Assembly (NCBI GenBank): GCA_012295275.1
Contig: CM022677.1
Location: 18,538,001-18,602,000 of the forward strand
From: Chrysomallon squamiferum
Taxonomy: Eukaryota; Animalia; Mollusca
Length of the DNA: 64,000 nt
Direction: 5' to 3'
Made by a program: the position numbers and the translations under genes. Shown here one piece after another: positions 32,468 to 54,529 of this stretch. The first letter of the stretch is position 1. Each line of letters begins with the position of its first letter. Below the pieces are notes generated by a model that had not been told where the DNA came from, ran no database searches, and saw nothing but the letters and a program-made list of their open reading frames with translations.

Positions 32468-33607
32468 AAGAGACAGACACATAGATACATACATACCTAT
32501 ATACATACATGACTGTATGTCATTAGGTATGCCCAAGAAAATAAATATATCAACTGCTAACTTTATTAAGTGGTTTTTATAAAATGTTCTCTCTGTAATT
32601 GCCTTCAGCTGTTTCTTTAGAAAAACAATTGAGTAATAAACAGATTATAAATAACAAGAAAATTAAAATAAAATAATGTAAAGAGCATAAATAAAAATAT
32701 AAATAAATAAATTCAACTATTGAAATAAAAATGATACTGGAATTGTTATAAAATTGTATAGATAATTGTTATTTGCTTAAATAAAACTGGGTTATACATG
32801 TCTTAAGAATACACGTATAACACACATAAACTGTTTATTTATTTATTTAGTATTTGGCGCAGAGTTGTCATTATAAATTTAAGTTCATTGTCATTATTAT
32901 TGTTATTGTTGTCGTTGTTATCGTTGTTGTTGCTGCTGTTGTTGCTATTGTTGTTCTTTTTATTAGTTAATTATATATAAATGGAATCTGTCAAAACTGA
33001 AAGGACCTCTGCTGAATCATACTTTTTGATACTTGTCGTTTATACTACTACTACTACCACGACGACGACGAAAACAACAACAACAACTACTACAACACCA
33101 AAAACTAAACTAAATAAAAAAAATTGATTCAGTATCTGAAATCGAAATAATTGCCAAAAAATCAGAATCACAGGGTGAATACAGTGACGTAGACAGTGAC
33201 TTAGAAATGACAGTGTAGGGTTGCAGTACAAAGAAAAATGTATTACAGGTAACTAAAAATCACAGGTTGTGTATAAAAAAGTATAAAAAATTTTAACCGA
33301 CAATGATTATCAGATTGAGTTTAAGTTATTTGGCTAAGTGACGAGTTTGAAATACTAAATGTGGATCGCATGAACATTGGTATGACTGTCATTGATAACT
33401 GGCAAAACGCCATGTCTCACCCTGTTCACGATCTTATGTCTCACCCCATTCACAAAACGATCATATATTCACGGTGTTTCAAAAACGTTTAATCATCTCA
33501 TTAGTCACAAAACGTCTTAAAACGTCTTAAAAGAAACATCAAACAAACATTTCTCAGTTCGCAGTTTGTATCTGAGCGATATACAAGTTTTCTGAGATAA
33601 AAAAGAA

Positions 33608-34027
33608 ATGGATCATAACAACGAAAGTTTGTTACAAAACACAGAAGCGAAACAGAGAGAAAGATGTAATCCAGGTAGCAGTGACGAGCCACTCATCAAA
33701 CCAAATGGAGAAGAAAATTTAGACAAAGATAAACACGGAGAAAAAGAGAAAAATAAATTCTGGACACAGGTCATTGTCCTTTTTCTTTTCATCGACATCT
33801 TTCTGGTGATCGTTATATCTCTAACTTTCACTACACCACGGGTGCAGTCACAACGTCAAACCGTTGTGCAATGGGACGACGACGTCTGCTTTCCGTGCAA
33901 AGATGTTTATCTCACCGACGATGACAAAACTGACAACATCTACGACTTCGACGTTCGAGAAGATGGAAATATTTGCTGTGCTGGTCGTGAGCGAAACCTG
34001 ATCGACATCGTAACAAAGGTTTTTATA

Positions 34028-34062
<35 letters not shown>

Positions 34063-34502
34063 CATCATTATTATTAGTAGTAGTAGTAGTATTGGTCGTA
34101 GTTTTTATTTTATTATTACTTATTATTATTATTATTGTTGTTTATGTTGTTGCTGTTGTTCATGTATGTATGTATGTATTCTATAATGTTCTTAATCAAA
34201 TAAAATTTGTTGATTCTTTTCTACAATTCTATTTATTTGCAGTTTGTAGAAACACAGTACCAGCAAGACAGAGCCAAAAGTGAGTGGTAAATCATTCTTA
34301 ATCTACAATAATATTCTTAATAAATTTAAAACTAAAACTGTCATTTGTGACACACACACACACACACACATACACATACAAACACACATACACACATACA
34401 CACATACACATACACAAACATACATTCAGATACACACATAAATTCCGCGAAAATTTGAAAAATCAAAAAACTGATCTCTTCTTCTCTGTGTCTATCTGCC
34501 CC

Positions 34503-34537
<35 letters not shown>

Positions 34538-35375
34538 TTCTCTGTCTGATTGTGTCACTCATTAATACGAGAATAAACACACACACCGACACAGATACAC
34601 ACAAACACACACACACAAAACATATATATACCTACAATATATAACAAAAAAACCCACCAGAAAACACACAGGTATGTTTTAAACTACATATTCAGGCTTC
34701 GACAGTAAGGCACGTCTGAACGACATTGTCTAGTAAACGACTGGTTCGGTCTAATCACAACTGTTTCTAACTAGCCCGACTGGTCGTGTTAATAATGTAT
34801 GAACTGTGAATTAATTTGCCATCCAGTGATCGTATAAACATTAGTATATTCTGTTTTTATTCATCCGAGGATTGAGGAAATATAAAACTATCGACGTGGA
34901 AATCCCCGGTTCTATAAATAGACATGTTATGGGCAGTGTGCAGTGAATACACTAAACAATCCCAACTTCGTGCTAACCGCTGACTAATACTGAAATTTTT
35001 GTAGAGGCGGGATTCGTTAAAACTCGGTCGATTCCGTACCTCGTTATACATTCGGAACATTTCGTACATTTCTTTGAAATATAAGCGTAGCGAAATGTGA
35101 CGAGGTGTTCCGACTGACCGGAATCGACCGAGAGATTTAAAAACATTAACGTCGAAATATATGTATATATACATGTCATTTGTTTTTTTAGATTCTGAAT
35201 CACATTTTGATGGGGAGAATGACCGCTCAGCATATCTACGCGGAATTGACTTGGCGAGGTCAGGTGAGGTCAAAGTTCATTAAAAACTAAACAGTAATGA
35301 GATATTCAAATATTAGATATCATTTTTAAAAAACAGATGTGTTCATTATGTTACCATATTAAATATTTATTATAA

Positions 35376-35414
<39 letters not shown>

Positions 35415-35520
35415 TTATCAGTCTGTTTATTAGAAGTTCTAGCTTTAATGTGGATTTGTAGCTATGTATGAGATAGAGAGAGAGAAACAGAGTTTGCTAA
35501 ACAATTGTTGATAATTATTA

Positions 35521-35561
<41 letters not shown>

Positions 35562-35950
35562 AAGGACAAAATATACTGCACTGGAACCAAACCTCTTCGT
35601 TCATTGGGAAGAAGATGATGTACAAAGATGGCCGCATTCAAGTAAAAACGCCTGGCACGTGTTTTATTTACGCTCATCTTGATTTCGTGAACAACCAAAC
35701 ACAAGACGTCGCCACTTCTGTTCATTCCATCTGGCTTAGAAATGGCGGGAAACACGAAGAGAAATTACTCGAACTTTTCCAGTCTCAGTGTGTGGTGACG
35801 TCATCAGCGACAGCAGGGTTTACTCCCACTTACCAAGGCGCTTTGTTTGAACTGAAAGCAGACGACAGTATTGAACTGCGCGTGCAGAACTTTAAACATC
35901 TTGAAAAGGACATCAACGAACACAACTTCGGAATTTATTGCTTTCAGTAA
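33608..35950 (+). CDS. TNF superfamily ligand, copy 1, 302 aa type II membrane protein; exons 33608-34018, 34243-34279, 35192-35263, 35562-35950
   Basis: GT-AG introns with phases 0, 1, 1 give an open frame. TM FWTQVIVLFLFIDIFLVIVISLTF; stalk CFPC...CC. THD strands RSAYLRG, ILHW, IQVKTPGTCFIYAHLDF, TYQGALFELKADDSIEL, NFGIY. Confidence 0.9.
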
Positions 35951-37366
35951 TTTTCTATAACTAACAAGTGGAGATGTCCTGATTTAGTAAAAGAAAATGA
36001 TTAAACACGAAACACAAACTTACAAAGCAGACATAACTTTCACTAACAAAAGTTTGATGAGAATCAGTTTTGTAAACTTAATGCTATTATTATTACTACT
36101 TCTACCTCTACTAGTGCTACTAATATTACAAAAATTATTACAGTAATTATTTTATTTCTTGCATATTTTGTTCTAAAATAATAATAAAAGTACTAATAGT
36201 AGTAGTAGTAGTTTAAGTAGTAGTAGTAGTAGTAGTAGTAGTAATAATAATAATAATTATAGTGCTGTTACTAATGACGAAAATGATGATCGTGGCAAAT
36301 AATGTCTCTTTAATATGTGACAATCAAGTATTATATAAACTATGTGTGACCCAGACAAAGAATCTCTTTTTAATATTTAACAATTATGTATTATATAAGC
36401 TGTTTGTGTGCAGACAATGAATCTTCTGTTTAATATGTGAGTTTAGCAACTGAAGGAATGTCATGCATATTTGTATTTAAAAGGTTTATGATTTAATTAT
36501 TATTAATGTCTTATATATCCATACAGGATTTTTCCAGAGACTTCTATGATATTATCGTATACAATCTGTTATATGGTGTTTTGCCCTTTTTTTTCAGTAA
36601 CAATCGATGTCCAGCACTCGTGATTTACTCAGCAACGGGCACATGCGCAGTAGCTTTTCCATTTCATTGAAACTACGATCTGTTATTATATGCGAGTTTA
36701 GCAATTGAAATAATTATATGTCTATATGTATTTTAAAAGTTTATGGTTTAATTATTACTAATGTCTCATATATGCATACATTGTTTATATAGAGATTTAC
36801 ATAAAATGTTATTAGTTCTGGTTAACTGTGGTAGAAATGATTACAAACAGATTAGCAGGGTAGTAATGTTAGTATTTCAGGTGTCCAGGAATCAGAAATA
36901 GATAAACACGAAATCACACCTGTTACTCTCGTGTAATCAAGAGGTTCATGTTTTTCTACAAAAGAGAACAGAGCCTCTGCTGAAGTTAATTGTTTTTGTT
37001 AAAGATTACAATTTTATCAGTAAATGAACTTTAACTGTTGATATTAATATCTATATGCATGTAATTGACTTACCTTCAGTTATTTTTCTAATGAACCGTA
37101 TATTAATACAGGTATTACGTTTTTGACTTTTTTTTAAAGTAACCATCAATTGTTTTCTGTTGCTTTCATAAAAAAATTTATGATTTGTTTTGTTGACGTG
37201 GTCAGTTTGTCCTCCTTGGAGAGGCCTAAGTTACTATGTTGTTAATGTTAACATTGCTATATCAGGAATTTACTAATATTAAATCCCTTTAATTTGAAAC
37301 CTCGTCTTGTTTCTTTATTCCTTAGACACGTGATTTTATGTAGTGAGTAACTAGTAGGTTACGTAC

Positions 37367-37417
<51 letters not shown>

Positions 37418-37705
37418 ATATGTGTGTATGTATATATGTGTGTATGTATGTATGTATTGAATTATTATAACCATTATTTTGGAGATAGGTTGTTTGTGTG
37501 AGATCAGACTGAACAAAGTATTCTCTAGTTATTATCTCTAAAACAGTGTGTGACAATAGCGGGGTATCTGAGGTCAACACTGTGAGTGATGTTATCAACT
37601 GACTGTCACGTACGTCTATGTATATATATATACATTGTGTAATTCCAAGCAGAGGTAACACAGTAGTGACGTTATCAACTAACTGTCACGTCAACGTCCT
37701 GCTAA

Positions 37706-37822
<117 letters not shown>

Positions 37823-38140
37823 AATGCAACTTAAGTAAAACAAAATGCTGTTCTTACCAGGTTCTGTATTTCCTAACAAAGAGATGACAATCAGGCTGTG
37901 TTGCTGTGGAATCCGGGTTTAATTTCTATGAGACAAACATTCAAACACGTGATCTAATATACCCGCTTGATCAGAACGTTGACTATTTCGTGATGGAGAA
38001 AAAAATCAGGTGTCAATTTCAGACCACGGCCTTATTTAGTAAACTGATATTTATATATATCAGTTAAATAAAACAGCCAGGTCGGGTTTTGCTTATATAA
38101 CGGGTGGGGTATGTCATTAATACATTTACTTATCTGTAGG

Positions 38141-38176
<36 letters not shown>

Positions 38177-38553
38177 AACTACTACTACTACTACTACTAA
38201 CACTGCAATTACTACGACAGCTAATGCTACTGTTGCTGCTACAGCTTTACTCCACTACTAATATCATTGTCTTGTATATGAAATTCTTTATAAACCATAT
38301 TTTCTTTCCTTTATACTGACATTATCATTTGTTTAATTTATTTTTATTTAGTCAGCTCGCGTATAATTAACGCAGTAATTTGTTTTCTCAGGAGTGCAGT
38401 TTTATATTTACTACCTACAGATTCAACCTTAGCTCTTTCTAAGAAATAAATAAATAAGTAAATCAACAAATACGTTTTCCAATATTATAGAAATAAATGA
38501 CCACTGATTAATCAGTAAATTAAATACTGATGATAGTAGTAGTAGCTGTTTTA

Positions 38554-38613
<60 letters not shown>

Positions 38614-39658
38614 ATAGTAGTAGTAGTAGTAGTAGTGGTAGTATCATATTAAGTTCGTTAAGTAATTAATTAATTATGACACTTTACATTTTGTAAGTCT
38701 TCTGTTTCATTTGAAAACTTTAACCTTATGTGACGTCATTCCATGCAATCATTAAAAAGTAAAAAAAAGTTTGATATTTGTTATTTTAATAACTGATCTG
38801 ATATATTATCACGACATTTTACCGTTATAAGGATTTCAGTGTTACAGTTAGATTTCTATCGATGTGTCTATCTCTCTAATTATCCTTCTATATTTTTGTA
38901 TCTCAAACAAAAAATTAAATCACCATTAACTGTTTACAAATCTCAGTACCGGCCCTGTCACCCTCCTCTGTGATTATTGTTGATCACTTCCCTTTGTCAA
39001 ACTAGCTTCAACGTGCACAATAAAGAAAAGAAGAAACACGATCTCTAAAACCTGATTTAAAAGACGTATCTGCTGATCTGCAGTGAGGTATCAAATTTAA
39101 TATTGAGTCACGTTTTGAAAAGATCCGCCATTTTCAAAGACTAACGCAAATTCAAAATACAATAATAATCAGACTATTATTTGTTAGTGTGTATACGACT
39201 GAATTACAGAGGGCAATAAAGAAAAAATAAATAAATAAATACATAAATAAATAAATAAATAAATACTGTTATTATTATTGTTCTTTTTGTTTGTTTATTA
39301 AAGCAGACAAAAACAATTTAATAGTATTAAGACACTATTCTTGTTTTTTTGAGTAAACGTTTTAAAGAAAAATAAGTAATACTGAGTAAAGAAAACGTCT
39401 TTATTACATACGTGTCAGTGATATATGCATAGATAACATATATATTGGATATACACACACAGACATATATATATCAGTGATATATATACATACATAACAT
39501 ATATATTGGATATACACACACAGAAATGTGTGTATATATATATATATATATATTGAATAACAAATTTTATTACTATAAAAGAACTGTAAAATTGTTCATT
39601 CTTATTACTACTGCTCTCAGAATTAATAAAAAATATATATTTATTTAATCCTTATTAC

Positions 39659-39719
<61 letters not shown>

Positions 39720-39959
39720 GATTTATTGATTTATTATTTCATTTTAAAACATTTGTCTAATATAAATATACATTTCTATACCCTTCATTTTTCTGTATAT
39801 ATTTTTTATACAGATTATCTCTTTATTTCGAGTGATTACTGATCAAAACTGTAGTCAATGTTAGAAAACGATTACGTCAACTCCCCGTATGAATAATTGT
39901 TAATTCACCTCTGTAAAGCGGAAGACTTGGAGCCAGCACAGGTCGTTGTATAACAAACT

Positions 39960-41482
39960 AATAAGGACGAGGTTAAACTCTGACGTATGTTTTCAGTCTC
40001 CCTCAGCGAATGACTTAATGACATTGACATTTTCGTCGACTGAAACAATGTATCACAGGTTAGCTAGGTGACGTATGACAGCGATATCTTGAAAAATCTT
40101 GTATCGAGAGAACACTAGTTTCAGTTATGTTCTTAATTACTCAGTCTGCCGTAACAAGTTGAGGTATTTGGTTCTTCGAGTTACAAATACTTGTAGGCTT
40201 TGTTCATGTATGCAGGTGTTTGTGTGAGTATATCAGTAAAGATACAATCTTCAATATAGCGTGCGCATTAGGAATGAGAAATATCTCTATTGCTGTCTGG
40301 CAGAATATCAAACAACACAACCTTTTGAAGACAACACTACAACGATCTAAAAGCAATTCGTCAAAAAAAGAAAAGAAGACAAAACAAAATAAAATTTTCA
40401 TTTTTTTTCTGTGATTGGTTATTATTTCTATTTATTTTCTTTTATTAGCTATTATTTTATTTCTTTTCTATTATTAGATAATATTTTTACATTTTATTTT
40501 TTTAACCTATTATTTTTATTTATTTTCTATTATTAGTAATTGTTTTATTTGTTTTTTATTATTAGTTATTACTTTTATTTATTTTGGACTATTAAATATA
40601 ATTAGCTTGTAGATTAAATACTTTGACAAATAATTATTGTTCTGGTAAACTTTTTTTGTGATAACTAAACAAAATGGCCATTTGTTTTGGCTGTTCTACT
40701 TTCTGTGTTTGTGATATTGTCTTTCGTTCATTTATTCGTTCGTCTAAAGCTGTATTCTCCTCTTTACTGTGACAATGTTTTGTGAAAATATCTCGTACAC
40801 GCACCAGCATCTATACATCCCATATGTAATCACGCACTGATTCGCACATACAGGCACATGGACACACAGACACAGAGACACAGACACAGAGACACACAGA
40901 CACACAGACACACAGACACCCACAAGGAAATAAGAAAACGACACAGTATCTTTTGAAAAGTTCTAAATTTGTATCTACATTGGTAAAAATAATCCTTTTT
41001 CCTTTATTGTTTCTTCAAGCATATATTAAGTATAATAAATAAATAAATCAATAAGAATAGAACAGTATATAATATTTGCCCCTTTGATATTAAATAAAAG
41101 GATAACGTGTTTAAAGTCTGTTATATTTTTATTATCGTGTGTTTGAAATGTAAATTATCTGTGTCATGCGTGTCACTTCGCGATTAAAAATCCCCATTCT
41201 ATTTATAGATTGAAATAAAGTTTTCAAACAGGTACCATGCTCGGGTAATCTGAGACAACAAATTACTCGTAATAAATCTAAAGGGACATTGACTCAAAAT
41301 AATAGATATTAACTCTATATTAATATATATATTTATTATTACAATAAGATGACTAAAATGCATAAACTAGTGTGTTTTCCCCTTTACCAGCATCGTAACA
41401 TTGTTACTAACCCTCATTTATAATAAATTATTAAAATACGAGAGTATAAAATAATTATAATATATTATCCACTATAAATATG

Positions 41483-41521
<39 letters not shown>

Positions 41522-42070
41522 ATGTATGTATGTATGTATGTCCAGACACATATTTTAAAACCATTATAATAAATGTATTATTATGTAGTTGAATTTACAG
41601 TATTTTTTCAAATGTTGATATGAAATAGCGATGATACTGAAATCGTTATTATAATTGTATTATCATCCTTGAATATTGCTTCAGTTATATATTAAACCGG
41701 TTTGAAAAGAGATCAGGCGGGATAACCAGTCTTTTTCCTTTCCTTAACGTTTGAGGCCTAGTGTCACGTGATCTTGGGCAAACGTCTAGTTTCGCATCTT
41801 GAATGTAATATAATAACTACAGGAAGTATTACTGTTACTAAAAATAACTGGCAAAGTGCGAAATCTGATACGAATCACTGGGTGCATACAGTGACTTTGC
41901 ACAATTACTTTGCACAATTACTTTGCACAATAACTTGGCAATAACTTTCAAAATAACTTTGCAATGACTTTATATGACGTTGCAATATTTTTGAGAATAA
42001 CATTGAGTTTATGCTCATAGACTACATGCTTAGACTACAGAGAAGAATGTATTATAGATAATAACAAAAC

Positions 42071-42144
<74 letters not shown>

Positions 42145-43440
42145 ACAGAGAGAGAGAGAGAGAGAGATAAACAGAGAGAGAAAGGGAGGGAGTGAGTTAG
42201 GAAGGCGAAGAGTAAAGTTCGTGAGATTGCGCAGATGAACAAACAACTAATAAAGACGAGATTAAACTCTGCCGTATATTTACGTGATCGAATGACATAA
42301 AGACTGAAACAAGATATCACAAGTTAGCTGGGTGACGGATTGTAACGAATGCTGCAAGTAATTGAGGTTTTGGTCTGTCGAGTTACAAATACTTAGTAGG
42401 CTTGTGCATGTATGTAGGTGGTTTTGAGAGTGTATTTGTACAAGTGCGTAGGTGTTTGTATGATTATATGAGTAAAGAGACAATGTTCAATATAACATGC
42501 GCATTAGCAATGAGAAATAGCTCTATTGTTGTCAGGCAGTATATTTAGACTCCGTCAGCGAATGACGTAATGACATTTTCGTCGACTGGAACAATGTATC
42601 ACAGGTTAGCTAGGTGACGTATGACAGCGATATCTTGAAAAATCTTGTATCGAGAGAACAGTAGTTTCAATTATGTTCTTAATTACTTAGTCGGCCGGAA
42701 CAAGAGATATTTTGTTCTTCGAGTTATAAATACTTCGTTGGTTTTGTACAAGTATGCAGGTATTTGTGTGAGTATGTGACTAAAGATACAATCTTCAGTA
42801 TTGCGTGCGCATTAGGAATAAGAAATATCTCTATTGCTGTCAGGCAGAATATCAAACAACACAACCAGTTGAGGACAACACTACAACGATCTAAAAGCAA
42901 TTCTTAAAAAGAACGACAAACCAAAAGAAAATTATTACTTCTATTTTTTTTTTACTATGATTAGTTAATATTTTTATTTCTTTTCTATTATTAGTTAGTA
43001 TTTTTCTTAATTCTCGATTATTATCTATAATTTTTATTATTTTCTATAATTAGCTATTATTTTATTTGTTTTCTATTATTAATTAGCATTTTTATTTATT
43101 TTTGACTACTAAGTCTAATTAGCTCGTACATTAAATACTTTCAGAAATAATTGTTGTTGTTCTAAAACGTTCATTGTGATAACGAAACAAAATGGTCATT
43201 TGTTTTGGCTGTACTACTTTCTGTGTTTGTTATCTTGTCTTTCGTTCATTTATTCATTCTTTGTTTCATTCACTTAATTTCGTTTTTCCCGTACTAACAA
43301 ATAAAAACATAAATATTTCTTAGCTATTTCTTGTTTCTGTCATTTTATTTCTTTAGTATCTTTGACTACTCCTTAATTCTCTGAATGTTTCTTTCTCTCT
43401 CTCTGTACTTTCTTTTTCTTCGATTTGTTTTGACTCTCTT
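39960..43440. repeat. Older, diverged and rearranged copies of the 3.1 kb unit, interrupted by a TNF-upstream relic
   Basis: ttagctaggtgacgtatgacagcgatatcttgaaaa at ~40060 and ~42606; same block at ~45242 and ~48425. Confidence 0.75.
41200..42075 (+). other. Orphan copy of TNF-gene upstream region with no gene following
   Basis: Matches ~52450-53130 (ttactgttactaaaaata..ggcaaagtgcgaaatctg, gactttgc repeats, catagactac); ends at the (GA)n tract ~42075. Confidence 0.7.
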
Positions 43441-43479
43441 AATTGTCTATAATGCTTTATTCTTGTGTTTTTTTAATGC

Positions 43480-51220
<7,741 letters not shown>

Positions 51221-53186
51221 GTACTGATTTAGTATTAAATGTTAGTTTTATTTAAAGGTGTTTAATAAGCTGAGGTTATGAAATCTTCGACAGCCATTTT
51301 GAACCACAGCTTCGCTGACTAATCCCAACTGATTTCTGCGGAGAAAAAAAAAATTAAAACGAGCAGAGTAATTTGAGTTACGAGCTTGGTCACGGAACGT
51401 ATTATACTCAGGAGTCAAATGACCAGTGTATATATGTGCGAATGTCTGTATGTGTATATGTGTGCGTGTGTTTGTTTCGGTGTGTGTCTTTGTTACTAGT
51501 CCGTTCAGCTGAGTGTCACTAGAACAGACATAAACGCAAATACACACACACAGACATACATACACAAACACACACGCAAACACACACAGACACACATATA
51601 TATACAGCTAAAATGACCTTCGCTATGATTTAATAGAAAAACAGGATAAATAATTTTAAATAATTAGGATTAATATGTTCAAAAATCATTAGCAAGTACC
51701 ACTTATTTTTCAAAATGTTATTACAGTGCCTAAACATTATTTTGTATATAAATTTTATTTATTGTGACTCGTGATATAAATTTAAAATTACGATTAAACA
51801 AACTATTATCTTCTACTGCTTCTTTTCAAAAGTTTAATTTCTGATGTCTGTAACTTATTAGATAAATATATTTAGTTTCTGGTCCGTTACACTAATGGCA
51901 GTTCTAAAAATAAGTGTTACATCTTTAAAGCTGTCTTCTCCATTTTACTTTGATAATGTTTTGTGAAAATATCTCGCTGCCAAAGCGAGGCCCTTTTAGT
52001 ATGTAAATGTGTGTGCGTGTGTACACGCATACCACATGCAGTCACGCACTGATTCGGACATACAACCACACAGATACACAGACATACAGACGCCAAAAAA
52101 AGAAGAAAAAAAAAGTCTCTTTTAAGAACTTGTAAATTGTAAAAATAATGTTTTATCTTTTTTCATTTTTTTGTTCTTTCAAGTGTATGTGAAATGAACC
52201 ATAACCGTTAAAAATAATAAATTAATAAATAAAAATAATAAAAATAATAAAAATAAAATAAATAAATAAATAAATAAATCTTTTACTTGTATTTTTTACT
52301 TATTAATATTTATAGATTTTGTATGAGTTTACTGTTACAGATGACTTGTGACTCTTCACATATTATGTAATGTGACACTCGTGTTTGTACAGAACATTCT
52401 AAAAGTTTAGTAACTAATTTCAACTATACAATCTCTTCACAACCGCACCATGCTCGGGTGCAGACGTATCAATGAACGCCTCGTAATAAATCTAAAGGTA
52501 CATTCACACAAAACATTTCATATTAACGCGTTTTTACTATATGTTTATTATTACAACAAGATCATTAAAATGCATCAACTACTGTATTCTCCGTTTTACC
52601 AATATCTCAGTAACGGATTTTTGTTCTATATTATTCATATTCTCCAAATGTTCTTTCTGTTATACTGTCACTCTCTGTACTTCTTGCATTTTTTGTTGAC
52701 AATGTATACCAATAGGCTGTAAAGATTACAGTGATAAAGAATGAATTGGTCCACATATCTCTACAATAAACAGATATAAACCAAACATTAAACCCATTTG
52801 ACTGACTGCCTGAATTGATATCATTTTGTCATTACGCCTAGAGCGTCACGGTCTTGGGCATTACGTCAAATGTCTAGCTGCATGTGTTGACTATAAAAAT
52901 TACTGTTACTAAAAATAATTGGCAAAGTGCGAAATCTGGTTGCATACAATGACTTTGACAATTACTTTGCAATGACTTTGACAATGACTTTGACAAAGAC
53001 ATTCAAAATAACTTTGCAATTACCTTATATGACGTTGCAATGTCTTTGAAAATGACATTGAGTTTATTCTCATAGACTACATGATTACAGTACAGAGAAG
53101 ATTGTATTATAGATAATAACAAAACTGAAAACCACTGGTTGGACAGACGATATCGTGTATAAACATTTCACATAGGGAAGAAAAAT

Positions 53187-53284
<98 letters not shown>

Positions 53285-54529
53285 CAATTGGGAGAGAGAG
53301 AGAAAGAGAGAAAAAAGAGAGATATACATACATACATACATACATACATACATACATACATGCATGACTGTATGTCATTAGGTGTGCCCATAGAAATAAA
53401 TATATTAATTGTCAACTTTGTTAAGTGGTTACAATAAAATCTTCATGAATTATAAATAACAGGAAAATTAAAATAAAATAATGAAAAGATGATAAATAAA
53501 AATATAAACAAATAAATAAATAAATCCGTTTTTAGATATGTTTTCAACTATTGAAATAAAAATGATACTAGAATTGTTACAAAATCGTATAGATAATTGT
53601 TATTTGTTTAAATAAAACTGGATTATACATGTCTTGTGAATACATGTATAACACACATAAAACGTGTATTTATTTATATAGTATTTGGCGCAGTGTTGTC
53701 ATTATAAATTTAAGTTCATCGTCATTACTATTATTATTATTGTTGTCGTTGTTGTCGTTGTTGTTGCTGCTGTTGTTGCTATTGTTGTTCTTTTTATTAG
53801 TTAATTATATATAAATGGAGTCTATCAAAACTGAAAGGACCTCTGCTGAATCATCCATTTTGATACTTGTTGTTTATACTACTACTACTACCACGACGAC
53901 GACGAAAACAACAACAACAATAACAACCCATAAACTAAACTAAACAAAAAAACTCAAGTAATCGATGAATGAATGAACTAATGAGTTCAACATTTCATTT
54001 CATTTTTTCTTATTCTTCTTTTCTCTATTGTAATTGTTGCATCTTTTTTATTGACATTGCATATCAATAAGCTGTAAAGGTAACGATCATAAAGAACTGA
54101 AATGAAACACTAATCACTACAACGAACACTGCCTGAATAATAAACCCATTTGACTGACCAACTGAATCCAAAACAGTTGCCAAAGAATCAGAATCACAGG
54201 GTGTATACAGTGACGTTGACAGTGACTTTGCAATGACTCTGTAGGATTACAGTACAAAGAAGAATGTATTACGATAATTAAAAATTCCAGGTTGTGTACA
54301 AACAGTTCCTACGTCACAGGTCGGAGTTTGTACCTAAGCAACAATGATTATCAGATCGCGTTTAAGGCAAAACGCCCTGTCACACCCTATTCACAGATCA
54401 TATAGGACGGTGTTTCAAATTTAAACATCTCATTAGTCGCAACACGTCTTAAAAGAAACATCAAACAAACATTTCTCAGTTCGCAGTTTTTATCTGAGCA
54501 ATATACAAGTTTTCTGAGATAGAAAAGAA

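Noticed and set aside
34898-34907. Perfect kB site (GGGGATTTCC, reverse) in TNF copy 1 intron 2
   Set aside because: Single 10-mer, not conserved in the other copies; cannot be separated from chance.
34857-35273. Antisense ORF in TNF intron 2 (also 24265-24584, 55620-55916)
   Set aside because: Frame is not preserved among the three copies (indels, stops); similarity reflects the duplication only.
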